Positions 18,136-28,845 of a stretch of DNA of 64,000 nt are shown here, piece by piece. A program made the translations under genes and the position numbers. How positions within the stretch are numbered: position 1 is the first letter of the stretch; each line of letters starts with the position of its first letter. The DNA comes from an uncultured Bacteroides sp. (lineage in GTDB: Bacteria > Bacteroidota > Bacteroidia > Bacteroidales > GCA-2748055): positions 18,050 through 82,049 of the forward strand of contig CAZRPW010000004.1 in the NCBI GenBank assembly GCA_964601975.1, given 5' to 3'. Under the pieces are notes generated by a model. The model saw only the letters and a program-made list of their open reading frames with translations. It made no database searches and was not told where the DNA came from.

Positions 18136-19041
18136 CTTTTGCCTCATTTTACCCCAGGTCATAATGATTACCCCGATAATGGTGATCACTCCACCGATTA
18201 ACTGTAGCATCTGGGGAAGAATTGACAGGTAGATCATGGAGCCAACCAACACAAATAGGCTCCTGGTAGATTGGATGATCATGGTGCGGGAGGCTTCAAT
18301 ATATTTAAGAGCTGAATATTGCGCAAAACCTGTGAGGAAAGGACCAAGCAGGGATCCGATGGCCATATTTATGGCTGCCTTTCCCGGGATGGCCAGGCTT
18401 TCCTGCCGAATGATAATAGCCATCAGGGCAAAAATGAAAATGAAAGCCACCCTGTTCAGGGTAAGTATTCCGGGGTGGATATCCCGGATGCGGCTCTTGG
18501 CGGTAATGATGCTGACTGATGAGAAAATGGATGAAACCAGGATCCACCCGGAACCCTTGCCAAAGAACTCACTGATGGAGGTATCGCGGGTATAGGAAAT
18601 CAGGATTACACCTCCAATGGTAAGCACGATTCCAATGGCTTCAATTGCATTAAAACGTTCGCCCAGGAATCTTATTCCCAGCATGGTGACAAAGATGGGG
18701 GTGAGGTTGGAGAGAAAGGAGATGGTGGTGGGGTTCTCGGAAAGCTGAATGGCCAGGAAGAGCAGCGAAGCCGCTCCCAGTTCGAGCAGGCCAATGATGA
18801 TCAGGGTAAACCTGGAGGAGCGGCTTAAATGTGGGATTTTCCTGATTAGTCCGGAGATATACAGGAAAGGCAGAATCCAGATCAGGGCAAAGCCGAACCA
18901 GTAAAACTGGAACTGGAAGTAGTTCACTTCCAGCAAAGCCGCTTTAGAAAACACATATACATTCGCCATTCCCAGGGTTGCCAGGAATGCAAGGCTGATC
19001 CCTTTAACGGTGGGGTTGATCCGAGAAAAATAATCCTTCAT
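18118..19041 (-). CDS. DMT/EamA-family transporter
   Basis: About 10 TMs in two EamA repeats; SNLTPIF...G..FLGERF and ALKYIEASR motifs. Confidence 0.88.
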   Translation of the reverse strand: MKDYFSRINPTVKGISLAFLATLGMANVYVFSKAALLEVNYFQFQFYWFGFALIWILPFLYISGLIRKIPHLSRSSRFTLIIIGLLELGAASLLFLAIQLSENPTTISFLSNLTPIFVTMLGIRFLGERFNAIEAIGIVLTIGGVILISYTRDTSISEFFGKGSGWILVSSIFSSVSIITAKSRIRDIHPGILTLNRVAFIFIFALMAIIIRQESLAIPGKAAINMAIGSLLGPFLTGFAQYSALKYIEASRTMIIQSTRSLFVLVGSMIYLSILPQMLQLIGGVITIIGVIIMTWGKMRQKKKAGT

Positions 19042-19052
19042 CTAGTCAAAGC

Positions 19053-19080
19053 AAAAAAAAACCGGGGAAGATCCCCGGTT
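19053..19080 (-). terminator. Intrinsic terminator after pgi
   Basis: Perfect AACCGGGGA/TCCCCGGTT stem with a 3-nt loop, followed on the minus strand by a T-run (A-run at 19053..19061). Confidence 0.8.
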
Positions 19081-19106
19081 CTTTAACATCCATTTATAGG
19101 TTTTGT

Positions 19107-20441
19107 TTAGATCCTCGCCTTAATGCTGGCTGTTTCTTCTTCAAAGCCAGGTTTTTCAAGCAGGGCAAACATATTTTTCTTGTATGCTTCCACTCCAGGC
19201 TGATTGAAGGGATTAATTCCCAGCATATAACCACTGATGCCGCAGGCATTTTCGAAAAAGTAGAGGAGCTGGCCCAGGTGGTATTCCTTTAGGCTGGGAA
19301 TGGAGATCCGCATATTTGGAACCCCGCCATCGAGGTGCGCCAGTGCAGTTCCCAATTCAGCCATTTTGTTGACATGATCAATTTTTTTCCCTTTCAGGTA
19401 GTTGAGGGTATCCAGGTTTGCCGGATCTTCAGGAACCAGAACCTGGTGCTCACTCTCCTCCACGCTAAGAACCGTTTCAAACAGACTTCGCTCTCCTTCC
19501 TGAATATACTGTCCCATGGAGTGAAGATCCGATGAGTTGTCCACCGATGACGGATAAATACCCTTCCCGTCTTTTCCTTCACTTTCTCCATAGAGCTGTT
19601 TCCACCACTCGGATACATAGTGAAGTTTGTTATTATAATTTACAAGGATTTCAATTTTCTTCCCTGAGCGGTAAAGGGCATTACGTGTGGCAGCATAGAT
19701 CGCTGCAGGATTCTCCTTAAAAGGAATATCTGGTCCGCACTGCTTACTCATCTCCCTTGCGCCTTCCACCAACTGGCGGACATCTACACCACAAATGGCC
19801 AGCGGGATCAGTCCCACAGGGGTTAGCACAGAAAACCTTCCTCCTACATTGTCGGGGATTACGAAGCTGCGGTAGCCTTTTTCGTCGGCAAGCTGCCTTA
19901 AAGCACCCCTGCTCTGGTCGGTTACGGCAATGATTCTTTTGCCTGCTTCCTCCTGGCCAACCTTGGTTTCAAGATGATTCTTAAGCAGCCTGAAAGCAAG
20001 GGCTGGCTCTGTGGTGGTTCCTGACTTGGATATAACCACGATGGAGTAGCTTTTTTCATCCAGTAATTCCAGCAATTCGTGCATGTAATCCTCGCCTATG
20101 TTGTGGCCTGCAAAAAGCATGTGAGGGGTATTGCTGTTTTTTTTCAGATGTGCGAAATTATCAGACAGGGCATCATTAACTGCCCTGGCACCCAGGTAGG
20201 AGCCTCCGATACCCACCACCACAAGTACTTCGCTATTCTCGCGCAGGCTGGAAGCAGCCTCTTCAATCTTATCAAGTTCAGATTCGGTGATTTCATTAGG
20301 CAGGTTCAGCCAGCCCAGGTAATCATTACCTGCTCCTGTTCCTCCGTATAGCACCCTCAGGGCTTCGGTGGTCTCTTTTTCCATTTCCCCGATCTTATCA
20401 GGGGAGATAAAGTCATATACACGTGAAATATCAAGTTTCAT
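19107..20441 (-). CDS. pgi: Glucose-6-phosphate isomerase
   Basis: [44 protein letters not shown]. Start at 20441 is supported by a TACTTTTG box at 20475..20482. Confidence 0.96.
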   Translation of the reverse strand: MKLDISRVYDFISPDKIGEMEKETTEALRVLYGGTGAGNDYLGWLNLPNEITESELDKIEEAASSLRENSEVLVVVGIGGSYLGARAVNDALSDNFAHLKKNSNTPHMLFAGHNIGEDYMHELLELLDEKSYSIVVISKSGTTTEPALAFRLLKNHLETKVGQEEAGKRIIAVTDQSRGALRQLADEKGYRSFVIPDNVGGRFSVLTPVGLIPLAICGVDVRQLVEGAREMSKQCGPDIPFKENPAAIYAATRNALYRSGKKIEILVNYNNKLHYVSEWWKQLYGESEGKDGKGIYPSSVDNSSDLHSMGQYIQEGERSLFETVLSVEESEHQVLVPEDPANLDTLNYLKGKKIDHVNKMAELGTALAHLDGGVPNMRISIPSLKEYHLGQLLYFFENACGISGYMLGINPFNQPGVEAYKKNMFALLEKPGFEEETASIKARI

Positions 20442-20474
20442 ATCTATGTTCTTTTCCAAAAAATTTGTTCGCCG

Positions 20475-20482
20475 CAAAAGTA
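20475..20482 (-). promoter_or_regulatory. -7 box (TACTTTTG) for pgi
   Basis: Exact TAnnTTTG match. Confidence 0.55.
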
Positions 20483-20561
20483 AAGATATAATCCCTATAT
20501 TCGCAAGATTCAGGCGCATTTTTCTGGCCTTTGTATATGAGAATAAAGCAAGTTATACCCC

Positions 20562-22196
20562 ATGAAAACAAAGCAGTTTAACACGATTATAGTATTCCTG
20601 ACCATCGCCCTGATCCCTTTGTCAGGGCAGAAAAAAGGGCTTGAAACGATTAATACCCACGATCTGAAGATGCACATGCAGTTTCTTGCTTCTGATGAAC
20701 TGGAGGGAAGGGATACCGGCGAACCCGGCTTGCTTGTTGCAGCGCGTTACCTGGGCGTTCAGGCCAGCCAGCTGGGGCTGACAGCCATGGATTCGGAGAA
20801 TGGATTTTTTCAGTACTATATCATTGAAGAAAAGGCGATTGACAGGGAGCATAGCCAGATAAGCATTCGCAGTGAGGGGAAGGAGATGATTAATCATGAT
20901 CCCTTTTACCTGATGTCGGGTATGAGTGAGGATCAAATAAGCCTGGAAGGTGAAGTGGTTTTTGGTGGCTACGGAATTGTGGATGAAGATCGTCATTATA
21001 ACGACCTGGAGAATGTGGATATTGCCGGGAAGATTGTGCTGGTTATGAATGGGGCACCAACGAATGAGGATGGTAGTGAATATCTTTTTGGAGAGAATCA
21101 ATATACGGGGATCAATGGCTTGCAGGCAAAGATGGCCGGTCTGTTTAAGTACCAGCCAAAGGCAGTCCTGCTTGTCCAGGATCCCAAATCCGGTTTTTCC
21201 TCCATCGACGAAGCTTTTCCGGGAATAGCCAACTTCCTGGGAAAATCCAGGAATCTGAAAGGAGCATCGAAAGATATGCGAGGTATGGGCGCCGGAGCAA
21301 ACCTGGCTTTTATTCACAGGAGTGTTGCTGATCAGTTGCTGGAGTCCTCGGGGAAAACCCTGGTTGATCTGCAGCTGGAGATCGATCGCTCTCTTGAATC
21401 AAGGTCTTTTGAGCTGGACAGTGTAACCTTCGCTTTAGAGATGTCCATGTCGATAAAGGATGTGGTGGTTTCAAATATATTTGGCATGATTGAAGGGAGT
21501 GACCCTGTTTTGAAGGACGAATTTATAATCTATGTGGCCCATTACGATCATGTGGGAACAGATGGCAAAGGTGGTGTATTCAACGGTGCAGATGACAATG
21601 CTTCAGGGACTGTTGCCCTGATCGAAATAGCTGAGGCCTTTATGAAGGAGAAGAAGCGTCCCGCAAGGAGCATCGGGATACTCTGGGTATCTGCAGAGGA
21701 GATTGGATTATTTGGGTCAAAATATTTTTCTGAGCATCCCTTGGTCCCCTCAGATAAAATTGCTGCAGTCATCAACCTGGATATGGTGGGACGTACCCGG
21801 ACCATTGAGGATGACCAGAGTGAACGGAGTGGTCTGACGATTGTTGGTGGGGATAGTGTGAAGGTGATTGGCGGATTGCAGAGCAGGGTTCTTATGGACA
21901 TCAATAAGAAGAGCCTGGAGGAGATGGGAATGATCGGAAACTATGAATTTAACGATCTGACTAAGCCGGGACGGTATTTCTATCGCAGCGACCATATTAA
22001 TTTTGCACGGAAAGATATACCGGTTTTGTTCTATTCAACCGGCACCCACAAGGATTACCACCTTGTAACAGATGAGGAGAAGTTGATCGATTATGACAAA
22101 TTTCTGAAAATGACGCGCTTCTCCTATAAGGCGGGTTATAATGTGGCGAATTATAAGGGACCCATTGAGGTGGACAAGCCCATGTCTACCTGGTAA
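20562..22196 (+). CDS. Exported M28-family metallopeptidase with PA domain
   Basis: Signal peptide, LEGR.TG, AHYDH, GADDNASG, SAEEIGLFGS, NLDMVG, RSDH, YH zinc-ligand motifs. Confidence 0.92.
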   Translation: MKTKQFNTIIVFLTIALIPLSGQKKGLETINTHDLKMHMQFLASDELEGRDTGEPGLLVAARYLGVQASQLGLTAMDSENGFFQYYIIEEKAIDREHSQISIRSEGKEMINHDPFYLMSGMSEDQISLEGEVVFGGYGIVDEDRHYNDLENVDIAGKIVLVMNGAPTNEDGSEYLFGENQYTGINGLQAKMAGLFKYQPKAVLLVQDPKSGFSSIDEAFPGIANFLGKSRNLKGASKDMRGMGAGANLAFIHRSVADQLLESSGKTLVDLQLEIDRSLESRSFELDSVTFALEMSMSIKDVVVSNIFGMIEGSDPVLKDEFIIYVAHYDHVGTDGKGGVFNGADDNASGTVALIEIAEAFMKEKKRPARSIGILWVSAEEIGLFGSKYFSEHPLVPSDKIAAVINLDMVGRTRTIEDDQSERSGLTIVGGDSVKVIGGLQSRVLMDINKKSLEEMGMIGNYEFNDLTKPGRYFYRSDHINFARKDIPVLFYSTGTHKDYHLVTDEEKLIDYDKFLKMTRFSYKAGYNVANYKGPIEVDKPMSTW

Positions 22197-22205
22197 GTCT
22201 TCGGT

Positions 22206-22859
22206 TTATAGCTTTTCCAGGTATATATTCCTGAATTGCATAGCTGAACCCTCCGATTGAATGAGGATGTTTCCCTCCCTGAGAGTCATCGCACTTCCTG
22301 AATTCTGAAGCACACCATTTACAATCACTTCCAGCATACCATCTTTGGAAGTGATGTCATAACTGTTCCATTCTCCAGCAGGTTTTTCACTAACTTCTTC
22401 CAATTTAGGAATGATAGTATACCTGTTTTCTTCGGAGCTTACCAGGTAAGTAGAGTCTTTAATTGTGATGCCAGATCCTTTTCCAATGAGGACCACATCC
22501 CCGGCATGATCTGCCATAAGCTGGCATTCAAGGGCCAGTGGCCAGATCATGTCTTTCCCCTGAACATTGAGCAGTACACCACTGTTTGTGGGTTCAGCTG
22601 TCCACCTCCACTCCACGTGAAGTTTATAATTGCTGTAGCTTTCCTTGCTTCGGATATAGCCATGCGGTTTGCCGCTGGTGTTTATAAGGCCTTCCTCCAC
22701 CCAGAACAAATCTTCTGCTTCCACATCGGGCGAACTTACAAAGATATTCCAGTTATCCAGGTTTTCTCCGTTAAATAAGACCAGCTTATTATCTGGTTTG
22801 CAGGCAAACAGGCAGGTGGTGAGAAAAAGAAAGGTGGCGGTTCTGAGGATAGGTTTCAT
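22206..22859 (-). CDS. DUF1080 (3-keto-disaccharide hydrolase-like) lipoprotein
   Basis: Lipobox LFAC, LFNGENLDNW, NYKLHVEWRW, NSGVL, GEWNSYDI, LQSEG..MQFRNI. Confidence 0.88.
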   Translation of the reverse strand: MKPILRTATFLFLTTCLFACKPDNKLVLFNGENLDNWNIFVSSPDVEAEDLFWVEEGLINTSGKPHGYIRSKESYSNYKLHVEWRWTAEPTNSGVLLNVQGKDMIWPLALECQLMADHAGDVVLIGKGSGITIKDSTYLVSSEENRYTIIPKLEEVSEKPAGEWNSYDITSKDGMLEVIVNGVLQNSGSAMTLREGNILIQSEGSAMQFRNIYLEKL

Positions 22860-22893
22860 ACAAATAGAGTTTTTAGTGTGATGGATTTCAATT

Positions 22894-23676
22894 TTAATAT
22901 TTTTCAGGGACAAATGTCTGGTCCGACATGGGTGGCCTTACATAGCCCTCCATGCTGATGGGCGGTAGCTCAATCTTTTTATGCTTTATCTCCTTATAAG
23001 GAACCAGGCTCAGCAAATGCCTGATGCAGTTGAGTCTTGCTTTTCTTTTGTTATCGGCATTGACAACGAACCAGGGGGAAAGCTTTGTGTCGGTGTGTGT
23101 GAACATCTCATCCTTAGCCTTACTGTATTCGATCCACCTGCTTCTCGATTCAAGGTCCATATCGCTGAATTTCCATCTTTTAAGCGGGTCGGTAATGCGC
23201 TCCCTGAACCGGTTCTCCTGTTCTTCGTCACTCACCGAGAACCAGTATTTAACCAGGATGATTCCCGAATGGATCAGCATTTCTTCGAATCGCGGACAGG
23301 AGCGGAGAAATTCCCAGTATTCATCATCGCTGCAAAAGCCCATCACTCTTTCGACGCCTGCCCGGTTGTACCAGCTGCGGTCAAACAGGACAATCTCTCC
23401 ATTGGCCGGGAGATGAGCAACATAGCGCTGGAAATACCACTGGGATTTTTCTCTTTCGGTGGGAACACCCAGGGCTACCACCCTGGCTATCCTTGGATTC
23501 AGCCGCTGAGTGATCCTTTTAATGACTCCACCCTTCCCGGCAGCATCTCTTCCCTCAAACAGGACAACTACCCGAAGTCCTTCAGCCTTCACCCATTCAT
23601 GCATTTTAACCAGCTCAAGTTGTAAGCGCTCAAGTTCTTTGAAGTAAAGCTTCTTATCAATATTTTGTTTGCTCAT
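22894..23676 (-). CDS. ppk2: Polyphosphate kinase 2
   Basis: Walker A FEGRDAAGKGG, Walker B LFDRSWYNRAGVERVMGF, PLKRWKFS.MD. Confidence 0.96.
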   Translation of the reverse strand: MSKQNIDKKLYFKELERLQLELVKMHEWVKAEGLRVVVLFEGRDAAGKGGVIKRITQRLNPRIARVVALGVPTEREKSQWYFQRYVAHLPANGEIVLFDRSWYNRAGVERVMGFCSDDEYWEFLRSCPRFEEMLIHSGIILVKYWFSVSDEEQENRFRERITDPLKRWKFSDMDLESRSRWIEYSKAKDEMFTHTDTKLSPWFVVNADNKRKARLNCIRHLLSLVPYKEIKHKKIELPPISMEGYVRPPMSDQTFVPEKY

Positions 23677-23685
23677 GAGTCCTTG

Positions 23686-24306
23686 CTATTTCGTTCCGAA
23701 GAGCCTGTCGCCTGCGTCTCCCAGACCAGGCATTATATAGCCCAGTTCGTTAAGGCCATCATCAAGGGATGCCAGGTAAATATCCACGTCGGGATGATCG
23801 CTTTCAATTCTGCGAACACCTTCCGGTGATCCGACGATGCAAACCAGTTTGATAAACTTAGCTCCTTCTTTTTTAAGGGTATGGATGGCCGAACTTGCAG
23901 TTCCGCCTGTGGCAAGCATTGGATCAAGAACCATCACCACGGCTTCACCTACGTTTCCCGGAAATTTGGCGTAATAATGCATCGGCTCAAGGGTCTTGTG
24001 GTTCCGGTATAATCCCACGTGACCAACCTTTGCAGTGGGAATCAGGTTTGTAATTCCATCCACCATACCAAGACCAGCCCTCAGGACAGGTACAAGGACA
24101 ATCTCCCGGGCCAGTTCCCAGGTGGTGCATCGTTGGAGAGGGGTTTCAATTTCGATCTCACGGACTGGAATATCCCGGGTGATCTCATAGGCCATTAAGC
24201 CGGCAATTTCATCAAGGTTTTCCCGGAAATCTTTTGTGCCGGTTTCCTTTTTACGAATCAGGGTAAGTTTGTGCTGGATCAGAGGGTGTTCGACAATTTT
24301 TAGCAT
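23686..24306 (-). CDS. upp: Uracil phosphoribosyltransferase
   Basis: [47 protein letters not shown]. Confidence 0.97.
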   Translation of the reverse strand: MLKIVEHPLIQHKLTLIRKKETGTKDFRENLDEIAGLMAYEITRDIPVREIEIETPLQRCTTWELAREIVLVPVLRAGLGMVDGITNLIPTAKVGHVGLYRNHKTLEPMHYYAKFPGNVGEAVVMVLDPMLATGGTASSAIHTLKKEGAKFIKLVCIVGSPEGVRRIESDHPDVDIYLASLDDGLNELGYIMPGLGDAGDRLFGTK

Positions 24307-24317
24307 ATTATTTGTAC

Positions 24318-25874
24318 CTATCTTTTAAATACGGAGGGGTCTGTTTCCCGCTCATTGCCTCTGAATGCTGCCACAAAGGCCTGGTTATATCCTGAGGATT
24401 TGCACTTTGTTCTGAAAGCCAGGGCTTCCTGAAGGTTGAGGAATTCACCCACAGTGACCCGATAGGCTCCCTTGTAGTAATATTCCCAGGTGGATTGAGT
24501 AGATCCTGAGATCGTAACTGTGGGTTGACTATTGGCTTTTGAATTGGACAGAATTTGAACCCTGAATACAACCTGGTTGGGATCTACTGCAGCTACAGGT
24601 TCTGATTCCGGTTCCGCAAGCACAGGGATGGGTTTTGGCTCGGGCTTTTCTTTCTCTATGACGGGTATTACAGCGGGAGGAACAACGGTAGTCATCGCTT
24701 CGGGTTCTTCTTTAGGCTTCCGCCTTGGTTCTGGTTCCGGTTCTGGTTCTGGTTCCGGTTCCGGTTCCGGTTCCGGTTCCGGTTCCGGAGCAGCTTCACT
24801 GAGCAGGGGCAGGGCAGTCAGACTGAAGCCTGCTTCAATCTCTTCCTCAGATGCTGCTCCATAGGTGGCAGAAGTGTACCCCGAAGTGATCATGTCTTCA
24901 AGAAGAAGCGACATATCCTGGTTTTTCTGGTCAATGCCGGCGATTATAAAGGCGCTGTTGTTCAGCCCGATCTTGTGAACCTCACTACTTTGTTCCTCCT
25001 TGCCATTTGAAGAATATACAGCAAGTTTTCTGCTGGGGTGGATGGAAAAGCCTATCTCATCTTTATCGGTATTTACAAAATCAGTAAGATTCTGAGGTTT
25101 ATCCCAGCCATCTCCGTTGAAGGGACAGATGAAAATGTCATAGCCACCGTATCCCATATGACCCGATGATGAAAAGAAGAGATTGTTATGCTGGTCCAGG
25201 AAGGGATAAAACTCATGGCCACTGGTATTGATTTCCGAGCCAAGCGAGATCGGGGTCATCCAACCACTTTTCCCTTTTCTTGAAATGAAAAGATCCAGTC
25301 CTCCTTCTGTGGGTGTCAGGTCGGAGGCCATGATCATAAAATCTCCATTGGCCGAAATGGCAGGATGCATAAACCTTGTAGGTCCTGCAGTAAAGGGCAG
25401 CTGGTTGAAGGTGGTGACTTCCCCGTTAATAATGTTGGCCTCAAATATTTTTTCGCGTGTTCTGTTACCCGGAATTTCCACCTCTTTGGTAAAATATACG
25501 GTTTGATAGTTCCTTGTAAAGGCGGTCCCGGCAGGGGAGTAAGGAAAAGGATCATTGCTGAAGAGCGGCCTGCTGCTTTCCAGCGCAATATATTCCATCG
25601 GGACAAAATAGGAGGTAACCTGTCCGAATGCAATATGGTCGGGAATCATGTTCTGGTGGAATTTTGTATTCGAGAGAAATACCATTCCATTGAGGTAGAA
25701 GGATACGTCATTGGAAGGGCCATTGATCTCAAGGGCAATGGTATCTATAACCAGAAGCTCTGATACCGGAATGGAATCATTCTGTGCTGTGATGGGTGCT
25801 GCCTGGATTAGGAGCACACATACCAGGGGTGTCAGATAAATCAATTTTGCCATATGTGACCTGATCAACTTCAT
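24318..25874 (-). CDS. Exported protein: PD40/WD40-like beta-propeller, Pro-Glu linker, C-terminal SPOR domain
   Basis: Signal peptide; repeats [47 protein letters not shown]; (PE)n linker; C-terminal FRVQI...[14 protein letters not shown]......GY..AFVAA. Start could be 25874 or 25853. Confidence 0.8.
   Translation of the reverse strand: MKLIRSHMAKLIYLTPLVCVLLIQAAPITAQNDSIPVSELLVIDTIALEINGPSNDVSFYLNGMVFLSNTKFHQNMIPDHIAFGQVTSYFVPMEYIALESSRPLFSNDPFPYSPAGTAFTRNYQTVYFTKEVEIPGNRTREKIFEANIINGEVTTFNQLPFTAGPTRFMHPAISANGDFMIMASDLTPTEGGLDLFISRKGKSGWMTPISLGSEINTSGHEFYPFLDQHNNLFFSSSGHMGYGGYDIFICPFNGDGWDKPQNLTDFVNTDKDEIGFSIHPSRKLAVYSSNGKEEQSSEVHKIGLNNSAFIIAGIDQKNQDMSLLLEDMITSGYTSATYGAASEEEIEAGFSLTALPLLSEAAPEPEPEPEPEPEPEPEPEPEPRRKPKEEPEAMTTVVPPAVIPVIEKEKPEPKPIPVLAEPESEPVAAVDPNQVVFRVQILSNSKANSQPTVTISGSTQSTWEYYYKGAYRVTVGEFLNLQEALAFRTKCKSSGYNQAFVAAFRGNERETDPSVFKR
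24727..24786. repeat. In-frame hexamer tandem repeat (GGTTCY)x10 encoding a Pro-Glu linker
   Basis: Ten consecutive GGTTCT/GGTTCC units inside the SPOR gene. Confidence 0.95.
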
Positions 25875-25884
25875 AAAAAACCTA

Positions 25885-26841
25885 TTACCAATGCCTGTAG
25901 TGCATAAAGAAGGGATCACTTTCCCCCAGATTAAAGCCCACAGAGACTTCAAAAATAATATTGTCATCATTCAGGTATCCGACCCTCGGGAACTCAAGGA
26001 AGACACCGGTGTAAAATTTTGGAAACTGATATTGGAAGAAGAGGGCAAAGATGTCCAGATCTTTCAAATAAGTTCCCAGGTAAAAATTTTTAAGATATAC
26101 TTTCAGGTAAGGCACCAGTTCCCTGAAGGGATCATGAATGGTTTCATCGTTTAGCGTAAGCAGGAGTGATGGTTCTATTACAATCCCCAATTCCTTGCTA
26201 ATTAAAAATTTATAAGCGGCAAAGGCGTGATATTGCCTTTTGAAGTTAGCATAGTTCAGGGTGCTGTCACCATCCTTAGTTCCAAAAAGGGTTGTTGATG
26301 ATATGCCTGCGTATGCATGGGGACCATAATAATATACTCCGATGTCCACATTGGGCCTGAATTTCGTTGAGAGTGTGTCAGAGACTGATTCGGCCGATTT
26401 TTTTGGTGTTGCAAAAATTCCCTTCAAAGTAACACCCGCTGAAATGTTTTGCAGATTTTGATTGTCCAGGGAATGATGATAGGCCCCGGAAACTGCCAGT
26501 CCTGAATTCCAGGAGAGATCGAACTGTTCCTGGAAAATATATGCTCCCACGCCAAGGTGTGAGTAATTCCCTTCCGATCCGGCTAATCGCTTATGTGCAT
26601 TAAGGATCTGGCTATCGGGCGATTTAGATGCTTTTGTGGTCAGACTTATATTTGTGAAATCCTTGCTGCCGACATAGCCGGGATTTAAGGTCATGGGATG
26701 GTAAATGGGAGCAGAAAGCAAGCCGGGCAGAGCGCTTTGCCCCTGAAGCGAAACTCCTGCAATGACGCTGATTACCAGGGCCAGAAAGGTCGTATTTACC
26801 TGGCGTTTTTTGCTATAATTTAGATTCCATTCCATATGCAA
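25885..26841 (-). CDS. PorP/SprF-family type IX secretion membrane beta-barrel protein (divergent)
   Basis: Signal peptide, TLNPGYVG (NPAYAG-like), GAYIF.E, S.GVTLK, D.G.YYY...YAGIS, EPSLLL, FEVSVGFNL. Confidence 0.75.
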   Translation of the reverse strand: MHMEWNLNYSKKRQVNTTFLALVISVIAGVSLQGQSALPGLLSAPIYHPMTLNPGYVGSKDFTNISLTTKASKSPDSQILNAHKRLAGSEGNYSHLGVGAYIFQEQFDLSWNSGLAVSGAYHHSLDNQNLQNISAGVTLKGIFATPKKSAESVSDTLSTKFRPNVDIGVYYYGPHAYAGISSTTLFGTKDGDSTLNYANFKRQYHAFAAYKFLISKELGIVIEPSLLLTLNDETIHDPFRELVPYLKVYLKNFYLGTYLKDLDIFALFFQYQFPKFYTGVFLEFPRVGYLNDDNIIFEVSVGFNLGESDPFFMHYRHW

Positions 26842-26885
26842 AAGGAAAGGTAATACAAAAATAACAAAATGTCATAAAAATGGGT

Positions 26886-27353
26886 TCAGTTGACCAGGTC
26901 TGAAATGATAAACTGGGTTTCCTGGTAGAAATCGCCTTCGGATATCAGTTTGTTGTTCGAACTGCTGCCATCATTCCCGATATCTGCATAAGCTTTGATA
27001 CTTCCGGCAACGATCACTATGAAGCGTTCATGTCCTGTGGTGTCGGCCGATACAGAGTACACCTGGGAAAGCCCGCCCCCACTGAAAGCGCTCACATCAA
27101 TAATGGTTCCGTTCAGGGTATTCCAGATGGCCAGATCTCCGGTAAATTCATAGACCACAGGTATATTTCCTACGGTGAGCATCTGGGGGTTTGCGGAGAT
27201 CAGGGCTGTTGCATGAATTTTCTGATTCTTTATATGTGCACTGATTTCGGCAGTGGGGTTGATCATTAGAATGGGTTCTTCTTCAAGATTCAGGCAACTG
27301 CCCAGGGGCAGCAAAAAGAAAAACAAAATGGCAGCTGGTATTCCTATTTTCAT
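26886..27353 (-). CDS. Hypothetical lipoprotein
   Basis: Lipobox LGSC; beta-rich mature part; 12-bp gap to the upstream gene. Confidence 0.7.
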   Translation of the reverse strand: MKIGIPAAILFFFLLPLGSCLNLEEEPILMINPTAEISAHIKNQKIHATALISANPQMLTVGNIPVVYEFTGDLAIWNTLNGTIIDVSAFSGGGLSQVYSVSADTTGHERFIVIVAGSIKAYADIGNDGSSSNNKLISEGDFYQETQFIISDLVN

Positions 27354-27365
27354 TTACACTTTCAT

Positions 27366-27851
27366 TTACATTTGCAATTTAACCTTTTTATTTGGATAGT
27401 TTTTGTATTGGATCAGTATGCCCACGCAACCAATATTTTCTTTGATTTCCTCTTCGGTCGATTCCCTTGCAAGTGCTTCTACCCTTATGATCAGCGATTT
27501 TGTGACATCAAATCCAAGGCCCAGTGATTCCAGGTAGCGATCCTCCTCATTATCATATAGCACCTGGTTGGTTTGTTTGTCGATGAGGACAAAGTGAATG
27601 GGGTACATTTTTTTGTGCGTACAGAACGAGAGGATGTAATCTTTCTGACCATAGAAAACAGCGTTCACTTCAAGGGTGTCAAGGGGGGCTAAGCTGGCTG
27701 AATGGGACTGACTGTACATTTTATATCCTTTCTGAATATCGTACCGGCAATCTCCGTCAAGGTGATGCATCTCGCAATTTTGCGAAATAAGCTTAAATGG
27801 CACAAGCAGCAGTAGTACTACGAAAATCTGAATATATCCTTTTTGTCTCAT
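27366..27851 (-). CDS. Hypothetical exported protein (beta-sandwich-like, 4 Cys)
   Basis: Signal peptide; mature part starts QNC..., contains VFYGQKDYILSFC, YDN, and ends CVGILIQYK; tightly packed in the operon. Confidence 0.75.
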   Translation of the reverse strand: MRQKGYIQIFVVLLLLVPFKLISQNCEMHHLDGDCRYDIQKGYKMYSQSHSASLAPLDTLEVNAVFYGQKDYILSFCTHKKMYPIHFVLIDKQTNQVLYDNEEDRYLESLGLGFDVTKSLIIRVEALARESTEEEIKENIGCVGILIQYKNYPNKKVKLQM

Positions 27852-27861
27852 AATTATTGGT

Positions 27862-28809
27862 TTATTGATTTCCCTGAACCATGCTGTTTCTTAACTCAAC
27901 GACAGTGGCCTTTAACTCGATAAAATCAGCTTCTGATAAACTGGGCTGACTTTGTTCGTCCGCCCCCCCTATTTGCAATTTTTTGGGCTGTTTTTCATCA
28001 GAACTACTTGAAGTTTTGATGGTTACTTTCCCGGTGCCAGTCTCAATCCTGTCATAGATGGCTTTAATTTTTTCAAGATCACGTATTGTGGATTCCACCC
28101 CCGGATCGCTACTGTTAATGTTTCGCGCGAACATCATAAAATTGTCAATGGTGTACTTCTGATCAGCCAGGTGCTGAAGCAACTGGCCTGCGCTTGCGTA
28201 ATCTTTAATCATGTTAACTGCAAGAAAAAGGCTTTCAGTAAAGGCTCCTGCAGAAAGCATTACCACCGTGTTTGGCCTTTCATTTCTTTCGCAGTAACTG
28301 AGGATATTCATGAAGGCTTCGTTGGAGATTATATAGAGCGAATCCAGGTATTCTACATTGTTCCGTGCTTTTTCAATCATCTTTTCATCCACCGCTTCGG
28401 TAATGCTGATCTCTTCGGACAGGGATTTCACCGTTTCCAGATAATCCAGCGTTTCCTCATGACGGCCGAAAAGGGCCACATAGGCCAGGTCGGTCATGTA
28501 AAGCCCAAGCGCATAAGTCTTCGCTTTTGAATCAATATACATGTCTGCATTTTTTGCAGGATTCAGGAGTAATGAGTTATAGCTAATATTGTCAAAGTTA
28601 ATGACGCCCAGCATCTCCGCCGGAGATGGATAGAGGTGATAAATCTGGTTGAATGATTCAATCCCCCCTTGTGATTCGGTATTATCCATATCCTGGACCA
28701 GAACAGGGGATCCCTTTTGTCCCGACTGACATGCCCCTGCTAGTAACATGGCAGCAATGATCGCCATGGGGATAAAACTGTTTCCTGTAAATTTCATATT
28801 TTTTTTCAT
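27862..28809 (-). CDS. Hypothetical all-helical lipoprotein
   Basis: Lipobox AGAC; YPSPAEM, LLNP...Y.....K..ALGLY.TDLAY..LF, MLSAGAFTESLFLA; helical composition. Confidence 0.8.
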   Translation of the reverse strand: MKKNMKFTGNSFIPMAIIAAMLLAGACQSGQKGSPVLVQDMDNTESQGGIESFNQIYHLYPSPAEMLGVINFDNISYNSLLLNPAKNADMYIDSKAKTYALGLYMTDLAYVALFGRHEETLDYLETVKSLSEEISITEAVDEKMIEKARNNVEYLDSLYIISNEAFMNILSYCERNERPNTVVMLSAGAFTESLFLAVNMIKDYASAGQLLQHLADQKYTIDNFMMFARNINSSDPGVESTIRDLEKIKAIYDRIETGTGKVTIKTSSSSDEKQPKKLQIGGADEQSQPSLSEADFIELKATVVELRNSMVQGNQ

Positions 28810-28845
28810 ATTAAAAGCGCTTCAATTTAAGATAAATAAATCAAA

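Noticed and set aside
20622-21317. 231-aa minus-strand ORF
   Set aside because: Lies wholly antisense to the M28 peptidase and has no motifs.
22981-23625. 214-aa plus-strand ORF
   Set aside because: Antisense shadow of ppk2.
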